A stretch of 64,000 bases of DNA from Candidatus Poribacteria bacterium. Its GTDB lineage: Bacteria; Poribacteria; WGA-4E; PCPOR2b. The stretch covers positions 1,152,001 through 1,216,000 of the forward strand of contig OZ244042.1 of assembly GCA_965215015.1 (NCBI GenBank), in the 5' to 3' direction. The first letter of the stretch is position 1, and the number at the start of each line of letters is the position of its first letter. Under the pieces are notes generated by a model that ran no database searches, was not told the DNA's origin, and worked only from the letters and a program-made list of their open reading frames with translations. The position numbers and the translations under genes were made by a program. Of the stretch, positions 41,744 through 51,877 are shown piece by piece.

Positions 41744-42006
41744 ATGAGCAAAACGTTCTTTGAGAAAATTGACGTATTTCTGCCCGGGCAGGGCGAAGAG
41801 CTAACACAAGCCCCGGGCTACCATTGGGAGCACAAGCGGAGCGTGCCAACCCCCAAATCTACTACTGGGGCATCTCGCGGCAGCTTGAGCGAGGATTGTC
41901 ACGATATTCAAATCCCGCAGTGACAGTCGATGGGACAATCCCCTGTCTGTATACCAATGGAGTCATTCGGGATAGAAAAAAATCGGTGTGGTCCGATTTA
42001 ACTTGA
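41744..42006 (+). pseudogene. Probable sialidase remnant
   Basis: N-terminus MSKTFFEKIDVFLPG and, out of frame, GLSRYSNPAVTVDGTIPCLY resembling the last sialidase blade; middle absent. Confidence 0.4.
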
Positions 42007-42048
42007 GGTGGTTGATGGGTGCCGGCGATTAGATGGCTGAGTCGTGGT

Positions 42049-42804
42049 CTATAGAACCTCGTACCTGTCCGCACGGTTGTGCCCCAAAAGGCCGGGGCAC
42101 AGTTGCTTCATTTCTGGGGGCATCCGCTTGTACGTCTCGGGCCACACCGGTTGGTGCCCGCCTTCAATCCAGTTGTTGAACCACGGTGGGTAGTAAGCGA
42201 TATTCAATCCGACACGGACCTGATCGCTCGTATTTGCACGGGCTTGGTGAAAGGTGCCGCCATGCCACATAAGTACTGAGCCTGCTCTGCCAGTGATTGG
42301 CTTGATCAGCGGGCTGTCTGGAGTGATGTCTGGCGGCGGAGCCTTCCGGCGTGAGCGGTGGCTCATGGGGACCACACCCGTTGCCCCGTTATCTTCCGTG
42401 AAATCCGTCAGCATCCAGATGGTGTTAATGATCCACGGCACATCCGGCACTTCATGGAATTCACGGGCGGAATCAACATGCAGATGCTGCCCCGGCGCAC
42501 CGGGCCATGTCGGCTTGGAACAGGCTTCAACCACCCGACAGTTTTGCCCCAAAAAATGCCGTGCAATTGCCACCGTGTCCGGATGACTGGCGCACATCCA
42601 GACGCGGTCATCCAGATTCATCATGCCAAACAACGTCTGATAGTACCGATCACCCGTGTTGTAAATTTGGCACTTCGGGTCGGCGTGCAATTCAAGGAAC
42701 TGTTTCGCCATGCTATGTGCCGTGTCTTCGGAGATGCGATTCTCCAGCAGGCAGTAGCCGTAGGTTGCCAAGCAATCAATTGCGGCCTTGAGGTCACTGT
42801 TCAT
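42049..42804 (-). CDS. Phytanoyl-CoA dioxygenase (PhyH) family protein
   Basis: QHLHVD, NTIWMLTDFTEDNGAT..PMSH, GSVLMW..FH..AN. Confidence 0.9.
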   Translation of the reverse strand: MNSDLKAAIDCLATYGYCLLENRISEDTAHSMAKQFLELHADPKCQIYNTGDRYYQTLFGMMNLDDRVWMCASHPDTVAIARHFLGQNCRVVEACSKPTWPGAPGQHLHVDSAREFHEVPDVPWIINTIWMLTDFTEDNGATGVVPMSHRSRRKAPPPDITPDSPLIKPITGRAGSVLMWHGGTFHQARANTSDQVRVGLNIAYYPPWFNNWIEGGHQPVWPETYKRMPPEMKQLCPGLLGHNRADRYEVL

Positions 42805-42911
42805 CTGTTCCTCCTCTGCAGATTATCGCTAAGCAATAATTATCATATCACGCACATAAGAACTAGGCGCGGTATACTCACGCGCCCTGTTCGGCAATCC
42901 GTATTTTTGAT

Positions 42912-43790
42912 TTATACAGGCATGGTCCTACCGCTATGAGCCCTGCCAGCAGCCGCTATCTCAGGACTTCCGCCCATAATCCTCACCCCCTCATCAATCC
43001 GCTCGCCGATTGTCTCCGCGGGACCACCTTCCAAGAATGCAACACCCGCCTCCTTACAAGCGGTATATACCCGGCCTCTTGCCTCAAGCATTTCAGACGG
43101 GAACGGGTGCGGGGCACTCTTGTAACCAAACGACATACTGAGATCCCCAGGTCCCCATTCGGCAAACGCAATACCGGGCACCCGAAGTGTCATTTCAGCG
43201 TTAGCGATTGCCCGCACGTTCTCAATCTTCAGTCCAAGCATTAGCTCGCCATTGGGATTAAGGGGCCAAGGGTCAGCTGTATCCAAGTATTCATCCACAG
43301 AAATACCCCAAACAGGTGCCGCAGACCCCTGTCCCGCTGAACCCCTGCGCCCGACGTTTAGTTGTGTGCCAACGCCAATCGTCTGGAATGGATACCGGCA
43401 ACATTCAACAAATGTCTTCACCGCCTCCGGCGACTCCGCATGGCATAGGAGCAAGCCGTGTACACCTATCGCCAATAGCTGCCGGAGCTGCCACGCATTC
43501 GCTCGGATGACATCAGGACTGGAGCCATCCACCGGCAATTCTATGACGACCGCTGGTGTCCGATGACCGCTGTTGGTTGGTCCACCGTCCACAAGGCCTC
43601 GCATAAAATTCTCTAGGCCTACCAGATCGAAGGGGCCATGCTCCATACCGATGTTGATGTAGTCTGCCCATGTTTTTGCCATCTCCTTACCAGCCTCATA
43701 GGTGAGGTTGGCACCTGTGTGGCTGCCTGTGTAGTAGACAGGTTGATCTTGCTCAAGTAATTCAATTGCTTTGTTGACTCGCTTCGGCAT
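42912..43790 (-). CDS. HpcH/HpaI aldolase/citrate lyase family protein
   Basis: MEHG, KIEN, WGPGDLSMSFG. Confidence 0.85.
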   Translation of the reverse strand: MPKRVNKAIELLEQDQPVYYTGSHTGANLTYEAGKEMAKTWADYINIGMEHGPFDLVGLENFMRGLVDGGPTNSGHRTPAVVIELPVDGSSPDVIRANAWQLRQLLAIGVHGLLLCHAESPEAVKTFVECCRYPFQTIGVGTQLNVGRRGSAGQGSAAPVWGISVDEYLDTADPWPLNPNGELMLGLKIENVRAIANAEMTLRVPGIAFAEWGPGDLSMSFGYKSAPHPFPSEMLEARGRVYTACKEAGVAFLEGGPAETIGERIDEGVRIMGGSPEIAAAGRAHSGRTMPV

Positions 43791-44017
43791 AATTAACCTC
43801 TCTTAAAAAAAGTAATTGGTTTGTTGGGACGTTTCAATCGCTCAAAAGATTCATAAATGCAAATACAACAGCGCACCGATTGAACGCTTTTCGACACCTC
43901 TAGGCGAAATGTAAACGAAGGTAAAAACTTAATGAAAGATTATAGCATAGTTGCGAATTTGAGTCAAATAGTGAATCCGATGTGCATCTGCATATTTCTA
44001 TATTCGTCGCTCCCTTC

Positions 44018-44046
44018 TTGACATTCCCGCGAACCAAAAGTATAAT
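44018..44046 (+). promoter_or_regulatory. Consensus sigma70 promoter
   Basis: TTGACA-17 nt-TATAAT upstream of the TPR gene and cimA. Confidence 0.75.
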
Positions 44047-44136
44047 GAATAAGTTTCCTATCAATAAGATAGCTTCTTCACCCGAATTGCACAGGAGCGG
44101 AAAACTGGTATCAGTCAAGCGAAAGCGAGAAAAAAC

Positions 44137-44454
44137 ATGCTAACAAAAGAGGAACTTTACGATCAGGCTTTAACACATTTCGGAAACAACGAACTTGACG
44201 AGGCGGTTGCTGCGTTCAATACTCTCCTCGAGCAATACCCTGATTATGTGGACGGACATATTGGGCTTGGACACGCGTACGAACGGCTGAGCAGATATGA
44301 TGAGGCGATTGAGGCAATCAAAAAAGCAATCGAAGTTGACCCGACCGATCCGCTTAACTACACCAGTTTGTCGATCTGTTACCAGCGCAAAGGGATGATT
44401 CAGGAAGCGGAAGACGCAATGGCAAAATCGCAGCAGCTACAGATGGGAACATAA
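44137..44454 (+). CDS. Small TPR protein
   Basis: About three TPR motifs. Confidence 0.85.
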   Translation: MLTKEELYDQALTHFGNNELDEAVAAFNTLLEQYPDYVDGHIGLGHAYERLSRYDEAIEAIKKAIEVDPTDPLNYTSLSICYQRKGMIQEAEDAMAKSQQLQMGT

Positions 44455-44504
44455 TGTACCGCACATTCTGCAAATGAGCAAACGAGGAAGGAAACACAAG
44501 CAAT

Positions 44505-46073
44505 ATGCTTGAACTTTACGATACAACACTCAGAGACGGAAGTCAGGGGGAGGGGGTCGCTTTCTCAGTTGAGGACAAGCTGCTCATCATTAAAGCCCTT
44601 GACCGCCTAGGTATCCATTACATCGAGGGCGGATACCCCGGCTCAAATCCAAAAGATATGGAATTCTTCAAAGGTGCGAAAGCACTTGAACTCCAGCAGG
44701 CGGTGGTCGTGCCCTTTGGCAGTACGCGCCATCCACGCTATCAACCCAGCGAAGACCCCAATCTGTTAGCCTTACTAGATACAGGTGCCCGCACTGTCAC
44801 GATTTTCGGAAAAAGCTGGGAGCTCCACGCCACAGACGTACTTCGTGTCACAGCGCAGGAGAACATCGAACTCATCGAAAGTTCAGTCCGTTTTCTGGTC
44901 GAGAATGGATGTGAGGTCATCTACGACGCAGAACACTTCTTTGATGGCTACGACGACCAGCCGGATTATGCCCTTCAGACACTCAGAGCCGCGGCGCGAG
45001 CCGGAGCCAGATGTGTCGTGTTATGCGACACGAACGGGGGGCGATTACCTCTGGAAATTCAGGAAGGGGTGCGAGCGGTCATGGCGGATATTAACCTGCC
45101 GGTTGGCATCCACACCCATAACGATGCTGGAATGGGGGTTGCAAACGCTGTGCTGGCCGTGCAAGCGGGGGCAGCGCATGTGCAGGGCACATTCAACGGT
45201 TACGGTGAACGCTGCGGCAACGCAAATCTCGCTTCTATCATCCCGACGCTCAAACTCAAGCTGGGGATTGACTGCATTAGCGAGGTGGGGCTCAGGCAAC
45301 TCACCGAAACATCGCGCCTCATCAGTGAATTGGCGAACCTGCCGCACGACGAACGTCAGGCGTACGTCGGGAGCTCTGCTTTCGCCCACAAAGGCGGCAT
45401 GCACATTGACGCTGTACACAAGAATCCGCGCACCTTTGAACATATCGATCCGGAGTTGGTTGGCAATGAACAACGTATCCTGATTTCAGATCAGGCAGGT
45501 AAAAGTGCTATCCTGAAAAAGATTGAAAGACGCTATCCAAATTACGACAAAAATTCACCGGAGGTTATCGCCCTTTTTGATCAGTTAAAGGCAGCGGAAA
45601 ATGAAGGCTATCAATATGAGGCCGCTGATGCGTCGTTTGAACTGCTAACCCGTACACTCTTGGATGGCTATCAATCATTTTTCGATCTGCTCGGATTTCG
45701 TGTCATTATCGAGAAATTCAAAGACCATGGCATACGGTCTGAAGCGACGATAAAAGTGATGGCACCCGATGGTGAGGTGGAACACACCGCCGCTGATGGA
45801 GATGGTCCCGTCAATGCCCTTGACGGTGCCCTACGCAAGGCCCTTGAGCATTTTTATCCTTCGTTACAGGAGGTTCATCTGACCGACTATAAGGTGCGCG
45901 TTTTGGACACCCAAGCCGGCACCGGCGCAAAAGTTCGCGTGCTAATCGAAGCAAGTGATGGACGCGAGCATTGGGGTACGGTTGGCGTATCGGAAAACAT
46001 CATACAGGCAAGCTGGGAGGCTCTTACAGATAGCTTGGAATATAAGCTCTACAAAGACAGCCGTGAGACGTAA
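44505..46073 (+). CDS. cimA: Citramalate synthase
   Basis: DTTLRDGSQGEG, GKSW, YDAEHFFDG, HTHND, GERCGN, AFAHKGG, GDGPVNALD. Confidence 0.92.
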   Translation: MLELYDTTLRDGSQGEGVAFSVEDKLLIIKALDRLGIHYIEGGYPGSNPKDMEFFKGAKALELQQAVVVPFGSTRHPRYQPSEDPNLLALLDTGARTVTIFGKSWELHATDVLRVTAQENIELIESSVRFLVENGCEVIYDAEHFFDGYDDQPDYALQTLRAAARAGARCVVLCDTNGGRLPLEIQEGVRAVMADINLPVGIHTHNDAGMGVANAVLAVQAGAAHVQGTFNGYGERCGNANLASIIPTLKLKLGIDCISEVGLRQLTETSRLISELANLPHDERQAYVGSSAFAHKGGMHIDAVHKNPRTFEHIDPELVGNEQRILISDQAGKSAILKKIERRYPNYDKNSPEVIALFDQLKAAENEGYQYEAADASFELLTRTLLDGYQSFFDLLGFRVIIEKFKDHGIRSEATIKVMAPDGEVEHTAADGDGPVNALDGALRKALEHFYPSLQEVHLTDYKVRVLDTQAGTGAKVRVLIEASDGREHWGTVGVSENIIQASWEALTDSLEYKLYKDSRET

Positions 46074-46207
46074 AACGTAGGACGTGAATATTCGCAACCG
46101 AAATAAGAAAAACCAACCCTAAATCAATCTTAATTCTTGACGAGGGATGCTTCTATGTGTTATAATATGTATAACAATTCGATAGTTAAATCGACAGGAG
46201 ATTCCAC

Positions 46208-46765
46208 ATGAATGGCTTACAACAGATTGCAAGGGCAGCGCAGGAGATTATCCAGATCTGCGAGCAAGAACGAACTAACAAAGCGGACAAAGAGAAGCTG
46301 CTGAAGCTACAAGCGGCAATCTTCACGCATATTGAAGACCTTACCGAATGCGAAGCTTGCGGGGCAATTACCGACCTCATTGTGACGATGACGATTGAGC
46401 CGGTGACCGCAAAGTTATGCAAAGATTGTGGGATAAACGCAATCAAAGCCGGAAAGATTAAAAAAACGACGACGCGGAAACGATCTCCCCGAACCACACG
46501 GAAAAAGGTGCCCGCGGCAAAGAAAAAATCACCGCCACAACAGGCATCACCCAAGAACACTGACGAGCTATATGCTGAGGTGGAAAAGCAGACAAGCCTG
46601 AAAAAAACCGATATCAAACGCTTGCATAAAATCATCCAAGAAATCTCAAGTCCGATGAACCTTGAGAATACGGTCTTATATGTGAAGCATGAGGTTGAAC
46701 TTGCGAAACTAAAGATGGAACAAGATGCTTTGAGGACAGCAGTTGGGTTGCTTATGGCGGCATGA
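46208..46765 (+). CDS. Hypothetical protein with C4 zinc finger and basic linker
   Basis: CEAC..CKDC; K/R/T-rich tract; AGGAG SD and TTGACG-18 nt-TATAAT promoter at 46137-46166. Confidence 0.75.
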   Translation: MNGLQQIARAAQEIIQICEQERTNKADKEKLLKLQAAIFTHIEDLTECEACGAITDLIVTMTIEPVTAKLCKDCGINAIKAGKIKKTTTRKRSPRTTRKKVPAAKKKSPPQQASPKNTDELYAEVEKQTSLKKTDIKRLHKIIQEISSPMNLENTVLYVKHEVELAKLKMEQDALRTAVGLLMAA

Positions 46766-46853
46766 AATTCTTCTTTCACTTCTCAGGTCGCGCCTAATCT
46801 AGCCCAACCAATCTTACGCAAATCTAGAAGCTTTGATCAAATTCAAGAATTTC

Positions 46854-46880
46854 TGAAACAGATTTTCGCCTGACAGCGTT
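46854..46880 (+). promoter_or_regulatory. Putative ECF-type autoregulatory promoter
   Basis: TGAAAC-17 nt-CGTT upstream of the ECF sigma gene. Confidence 0.45.
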
Positions 46881-46927
46881 TAGAATAATACGATCTTGGC
46901 AACGATAGGGACAAGGAGGCACTTATT

Positions 46928-47536
46928 GTGACAGATAAAATGATCGATGACCTATCGGATCAAGAAGATACAGAGCTAGCAATGTTGACAAAGGTAGGTA
47001 ACGAGGAAGCCTTTAGATCGTTGTTCGATAAACATTATAACTGGGTTTATAGTAAAACATATCGTATGCTATGCAATCATCAGGATACAGAGGAAGTATC
47101 CTTAGACATCTTTATGAAGGTGTGGCAAAAGATTGGGAAGTGGGATACTGTTCAAGGCAGTTTTCAAGCGTGGTTGAACGTTGTTGCAAAAAATACAATA
47201 ATCGATGCAATCCGCAAGAAAGAAAGGATTCGCGAGTCACTTTTAAGTATGGAGGATGAATCTGAATTGCCACTCGTTGAATACCAAGACGGGCGACCAA
47301 CGCCTGACAAGCAGGTCGAATCCCGAGAAGCCCAAGAGATTCTTGAATGGGCACTCCAAATGGTGAAAAAACCGAACCACCGAGTCGCTTGGATTTTACG
47401 CCATCTGGAAGGGTGTAGTATTGCCGAGATTTCGCAAACCCTCCAGCGCAAGGAAGGAACCGTGAAAATTTGGATCTTCCGTTGTACAGAGGAATTGCGT
47501 CAAATTCTTACCAGAAAGGGTCTGAAATGGGTTTAA
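46928..47536 (+). CDS. ECF sigma-70 factor
   Basis: GNEEAFRSLF, DTEEV..DIFMKVW, FQAWL..VAKN..ID..RK, EGCSIAEIS..GTVK..IFR; AGGAGG SD. Confidence 0.93.
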   Translation: MTDKMIDDLSDQEDTELAMLTKVGNEEAFRSLFDKHYNWVYSKTYRMLCNHQDTEEVSLDIFMKVWQKIGKWDTVQGSFQAWLNVVAKNTIIDAIRKKERIRESLLSMEDESELPLVEYQDGRPTPDKQVESREAQEILEWALQMVKKPNHRVAWILRHLEGCSIAEISQTLQRKEGTVKIWIFRCTEELRQILTRKGLKWV

Positions 47537-47553
47537 TAATTTGGGAGGATAAA

Positions 47554-48663
47554 ATGAAATTTTGGAAAAAGTCAATGCAAAATTTCAGTAGAGATGAGGC
47601 CAGAAAAGCGGAGATGCTAGAGATTCATACGCGCAGAATCCGGGGAGAGCGGCTATCCCGCAAGCAGACACAGTTGTTAAAAGCGAGCGAACAATATCCG
47701 GAATTGGACCCTTTGAAGGAGCTCATCGATTTTGCACATCACCGTTTTGAAGAAAAAGAAAACGTCACCCCGCTTCCCGGAGTAAAGCGACGAGTCGCTA
47801 ACGATTTGATGCAGCTAATAGGGCGGGCGACCGCGCAAGATGATGTGCTATCAGGAGATGAATTCGGATTACAACCCGCTTACAGTCCTGATCTGGTCGG
47901 AAGTGATAGCGAACTTGCCATGCCACATACTTCCGATAATCCGCCACCACTCATTCCTGAGGAGGTGGATCCGCTTAATGAAACGGTTATCCTTGACGAT
48001 GGAAGCACCGAATCGGCAACGTTTCCATCAATAGAGAAAGCGTGTCACCTGAAATTGAAGGTTGTACAGGGCGACGAAGTTGGACGTGAGTATGACATCT
48101 CTTTCCAACCCATGGTGATTGGAAGTGGAGAGGAAGCAGCTATCAAGTTAGATACCAATACCGTTGTATCACAGCATCATGCGTTGCTCACTGTTGATAA
48201 CGATGAGGTATTGATTACAAACCTTGACAGTGGTAGCGGCACAGTCATTGATGGGACTCAGATTGCTGAACCAACACCACTTCATGTTGCCTCTCGGGTA
48301 CAAATTGGTGGACAGGTGCTCGAAGTCACTGCATTTCGACGAGACGCTAGCGCGCTTGGGGTCTCCTTTGAAATCGTAGAAGGACCAGATGTCGGCTTAG
48401 GGCACTGGATCTATTTCAAAGAAATGACAGTGGGACGCAGTGCAGCCGCACAAATTAAATTCACTGATTCAACCGGAACCCTCTCCCGTCTGCACGCCCG
48501 GTTCAATCTGAAAAGCGGCGAAGTGTACCTTACTGACCTAGGTAGCAAAAACGGGACTTACGTCGATGGCTTTCGTATAGAGGAGCCAACCGTCGTTGAG
48601 CAAGGCATGTGTATTGGGTTCAGTGGAATTGTTTGTGAAGTCATGAACATTGAACACATTTAG
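47554..48663 (+). CDS. Tandem FHA-domain protein, putative anti-sigma factor
   Basis: Second FHA canonical (GR, SRLHA, SKNGT), first degenerate (GS, SQHHA, SGT); GGAGG SD before ATG 47554. Confidence 0.8.
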   Translation: MKFWKKSMQNFSRDEARKAEMLEIHTRRIRGERLSRKQTQLLKASEQYPELDPLKELIDFAHHRFEEKENVTPLPGVKRRVANDLMQLIGRATAQDDVLSGDEFGLQPAYSPDLVGSDSELAMPHTSDNPPPLIPEEVDPLNETVILDDGSTESATFPSIEKACHLKLKVVQGDEVGREYDISFQPMVIGSGEEAAIKLDTNTVVSQHHALLTVDNDEVLITNLDSGSGTVIDGTQIAEPTPLHVASRVQIGGQVLEVTAFRRDASALGVSFEIVEGPDVGLGHWIYFKEMTVGRSAAAQIKFTDSTGTLSRLHARFNLKSGEVYLTDLGSKNGTYVDGFRIEEPTVVEQGMCIGFSGIVCEVMNIEHI

Positions 48664-49195
48664 CCGACGAGTCAGTCTGCAATTTGGTAGTGTAACATAA
48701 GAAAAATAAAGAGATAAGGGCGGGCAGATATAACACACTGCCCATTATAGACATACCGCATGTTTCTTTCCGCTGTTGAGCAGAGAGAGGGGTGCGGTAT
48801 TTTTTTCTCTTTGAATTTTTAGCCATCTCAGGTATAATATTTTAACCCAAGTTGCTAAGGCGTGTTAACATTCTGCTGGCGTCAATTAGAAATCTGTTAA
48901 ACGTTAACAATTCGTAAGTTGAGCTTGCTAGCCCAACCGATGTGCAGGCACAAAGTCGGACAAGACGCCCGACTTACCGGTGTCTGCCTCAACCTGTAGG
49001 TCGAGATTCACATCTCGACAACCACTGCCCGCCCCCAACACTCACAACCAATGGATCCGCATAGCCCCAGCGGACCGGCACGGTGAGGTTTATTCGTAGG
49101 GAACGGTGATCTCCGTTCCGTTTATCCTTACCATTACGTATTATGCCTCATTAGTCCCAACGGGGCGACAGGTGTATAGAGTTCGTCATCTACCC

Positions 49196-50329
49196 ATGAA
49201 TCAAACACAAGCTGCATTTGCCTATTTTAAGCGCGCTGCGAATTTTTATCGGCAAGTCTGTTACGCCCAAGCCATTCGGTGCTATTTGGCGGGGTTAAAG
49301 ATCGATCCAATGTGCGTGGAGGCACATGCAGACTTAGCAAAGGCGTATGAAAAGCTGGGGTACTGGAATCAAGCGGTTGAATCGCTTGAAGTCGCGCTAC
49401 AGCTGCGTCCCGGTTACCCAACTGCTCTTCGTCGTAAACAACGCATTCTCGAAGAGAAAAATGTTTATGATAGCTTAACTGATGAACTGAATCTAGCCCT
49501 TGATGCTACCGATCAACATCAGCCGACCAATCCTGTTCAGGTGGAACACTCTCGGAACGGAGGTGGCCTCCCCAAAATCAAACACGAATTTTTCACGCTC
49601 ACCGGTGGGCACACAATCCCGCACAACTTATTATGGGTCGTATCCCAAATCGTCGAACATACCTATCACAAGGTTGGCAAAGTTTTCCAATGCTACCCGC
49701 AACACAAAGTACCAATTTTTATTGAAGCTGTCAATCAAGCAAGAGCGTCACAAACCGTGAATTCGGCTTACAACGCAAAATCTCCGATTGGAGTTGGGGC
49801 TCACACATCATCTTTAGATTCTTCTCTCTCACAATGGGCTGTAGCCTGCTATGACAATGGGAGCATTCGGCTGACTTACCGGCCTTATAGCGATTCCAGC
49901 ATCGGTGTTTTGTACGCAGTCATCCGCCACGAATGGACGCATCTCCTCGTTGACCTGCTCACGGGGGGACGCTGTCCCAAATGGCTTGACGAGGGGCTCG
50001 CTCAATTTATGGCACGTCCGTTGATACGCTCGGAGAAGACACGCTTACAGCAGGCGAGCCGAGATCGACAGCTCTTACCTCTCCACAGACTACAAAAACC
50101 GTTTCAGCACCTTCCGAGCCAACAACGTCGTTTAGCCTATCTCCAGTCCTACGCAATCACCAAATACCTAATACAACAGTTCAGTTTTTCTGCGATTCGT
50201 GATGTTCTCAAACACCTCGACGACGAAAAATTGACCGATACTGCATTTCAAGAAATTTTCGGGAAAACAGAGGAAGAAATTGTCATCGCTTCAAGTACGG
50301 AGAATTGTATGGCCATTTGGGAGGATTAG
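49196..50329 (+). CDS. TPR plus peptidase MA-like metallohydrolase
   Basis: N-terminal TPRs; HEWTH and PKWLDEGLAQ; AYLQSY; start codon uncertain. Confidence 0.82.
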   Translation: MNQTQAAFAYFKRAANFYRQVCYAQAIRCYLAGLKIDPMCVEAHADLAKAYEKLGYWNQAVESLEVALQLRPGYPTALRRKQRILEEKNVYDSLTDELNLALDATDQHQPTNPVQVEHSRNGGGLPKIKHEFFTLTGGHTIPHNLLWVVSQIVEHTYHKVGKVFQCYPQHKVPIFIEAVNQARASQTVNSAYNAKSPIGVGAHTSSLDSSLSQWAVACYDNGSIRLTYRPYSDSSIGVLYAVIRHEWTHLLVDLLTGGRCPKWLDEGLAQFMARPLIRSEKTRLQQASRDRQLLPLHRLQKPFQHLPSQQRRLAYLQSYAITKYLIQQFSFSAIRDVLKHLDDEKLTDTAFQEIFGKTEEEIVIASSTENCMAIWED

Positions 50330-50331
50330 CC

Positions 50332-50826
50332 ATGGAAAAACTTGATATTGCCATCATAATCATCACTGGCGTAGGGGGGCTGAGCTGTCTATGGGCGGGC
50401 TTTACACGTAGCGTCTGGGGAATTGCTGCACTATCTGCTGGCGCATTCATCGCCAGTCAAGTATGGCAAGATGTGATGCCCTTCCTCCTCCGCTTCATAA
50501 AGCAAGAACCGCTCGCCAAATGGATTAGCATTATTGCTATCGTCGCCGCTGTCAGCATCGTGATTGATATGATATTTAGTCACATTCAGAAGGTCGTAGA
50601 GCGGGGCGTCTTAGGGTGGATCAATCACATCATCGGGGGAGCTTTTGGAATCGTGTCTAGTGCCATTTTGATTGGAGGTTTCCTCTTGTTGTTGGATCGC
50701 TTCGGCGGAGAGGAAGCCAAACAAGCCGTTGCCAATTCTCGTTTCGCGCCCAATCTCTTAGAGATTGTCAAGCAAGTTTTCGACTTTGGGGAGGAGGCAA
50801 TTAAAGAGCATTTTGGACCAATGTAA
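50332..50826 (+). CDS. cvpA: CvpA family membrane protein
   Basis: LDIAIII..GF, LGWINHIIGGAFG, NSRFAP. Confidence 0.8.
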   Translation: MEKLDIAIIIITGVGGLSCLWAGFTRSVWGIAALSAGAFIASQVWQDVMPFLLRFIKQEPLAKWISIIAIVAAVSIVIDMIFSHIQKVVERGVLGWINHIIGGAFGIVSSAILIGGFLLLLDRFGGEEAKQAVANSRFAPNLLEIVKQVFDFGEEAIKEHFGPM

Positions 50827-50871
50827 AAGGCTGATTTGTCAAGGTATCCCAATCCCCGGTAGAACCGACCC

Positions 50872-51594
50872 ATGTACAGTTGCTATGTTCCACCCGCGCA
50901 AATATCCAAAGACACCATCCGTATCGGCGAATCCGAGCGACATCACCTGCTCAATGTGCTGCGCCTGAAAGTTGAGGACCGAGTTGAGGTTTTTGACGGA
51001 GCGGGTAATCGTTATGTTGCCTCGCTCTGCGATACCCGCATCTCTCCACTACAGGCAAAAATCCGCCAACATCAGTTCCACCCACATACCCCACCATATA
51101 TTACCCTGTTTCAAGCCTTACCTAAATTTGATAAAATGGATCTAATCGTGCAGAAGACGACCGAGATTGGTGTGAATGAAATCGCGCCGATGATCTGTCA
51201 ACGTTCAATACCGAAATCGATCATTCAGCAGAAGCGGATGACACGCTGGCAACGAATCGCAAACGAAGCCGCCAGACAGTGCAAACGTCCCCATTTGGGC
51301 CACGTGCTCGCGCCTCAGGGGCTGGAAGAGTGTCTTAGAGGGGTAAACCATTTCGATCTGCTAATTCTTTTGTGGGAAGGTGAAAAACGGCGAGGGCTCA
51401 AGGAAATATTACGAAATCATGGAGAGGCAAAGTCCGTTGGACTTTTTGTTGGACCCGAAGGGGGATTTACAGATGAAGAGGTGGAGTTGGCACTTCAAAA
51501 CGGCTGTCTGCCTGCAACGCTCGGCGACAATATCTTGCGCACAGAGACCGCTGCAATCGTTGCTGTGGCATCGGTGATGTATGAACTCAGATGA
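50872..51594 (+). CDS. rsmE: 16S rRNA m3U1498 methyltransferase
   Basis: HHLLNVLRL, QKTTEIGV, EAARQC, VGPEGGF, LGDNILRTETA. Confidence 0.95.
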   Translation: MYSCYVPPAQISKDTIRIGESERHHLLNVLRLKVEDRVEVFDGAGNRYVASLCDTRISPLQAKIRQHQFHPHTPPYITLFQALPKFDKMDLIVQKTTEIGVNEIAPMICQRSIPKSIIQQKRMTRWQRIANEAARQCKRPHLGHVLAPQGLEECLRGVNHFDLLILLWEGEKRRGLKEILRNHGEAKSVGLFVGPEGGFTDEEVELALQNGCLPATLGDNILRTETAAIVAVASVMYELR

Positions 51595-51661
51595 ATCCCC
51601 CTCCATTGCCCATCTAAATGTGCAATGAATTGCTACTAAAAACTAAGAAGCGTTACATAAT

Positions 51662-51810
51662 TAGGAGTTGTGCACTTGAGTGTGTCGTAACGCCATTCAA
51701 CTCGCGTCACCATAGACATAAATCGCTAACTGTCGCCGCCCGATGAATCGAGCGTTGTGAGGCATGTTCACCGACGACAAGGCTTCGAGGGGTCAACTGC
51801 GTAGGTCCTA
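51662..51810. mobile_element. Possible degenerate MITE
   Basis: Imperfect terminal inverted repeats TAGGAGTTGTGCACTTGA / TCAACTGCGTAGGTCCTA (13/18 identical); non-coding. Confidence 0.35.
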
Positions 51811-51877
51811 GTTATATTACCACGAAAAAAATAAAAAACTCTGCGTCTCTCCGGTCAATTTAAGCCAATATCAACTC

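Noticed and set aside
44785-46779. Long alternative-frame or antisense ORFs (44785-45483, 46186-46779) and similar shadows elsewhere
   Set aside because: They overlap well-supported genes and show no motifs or SD
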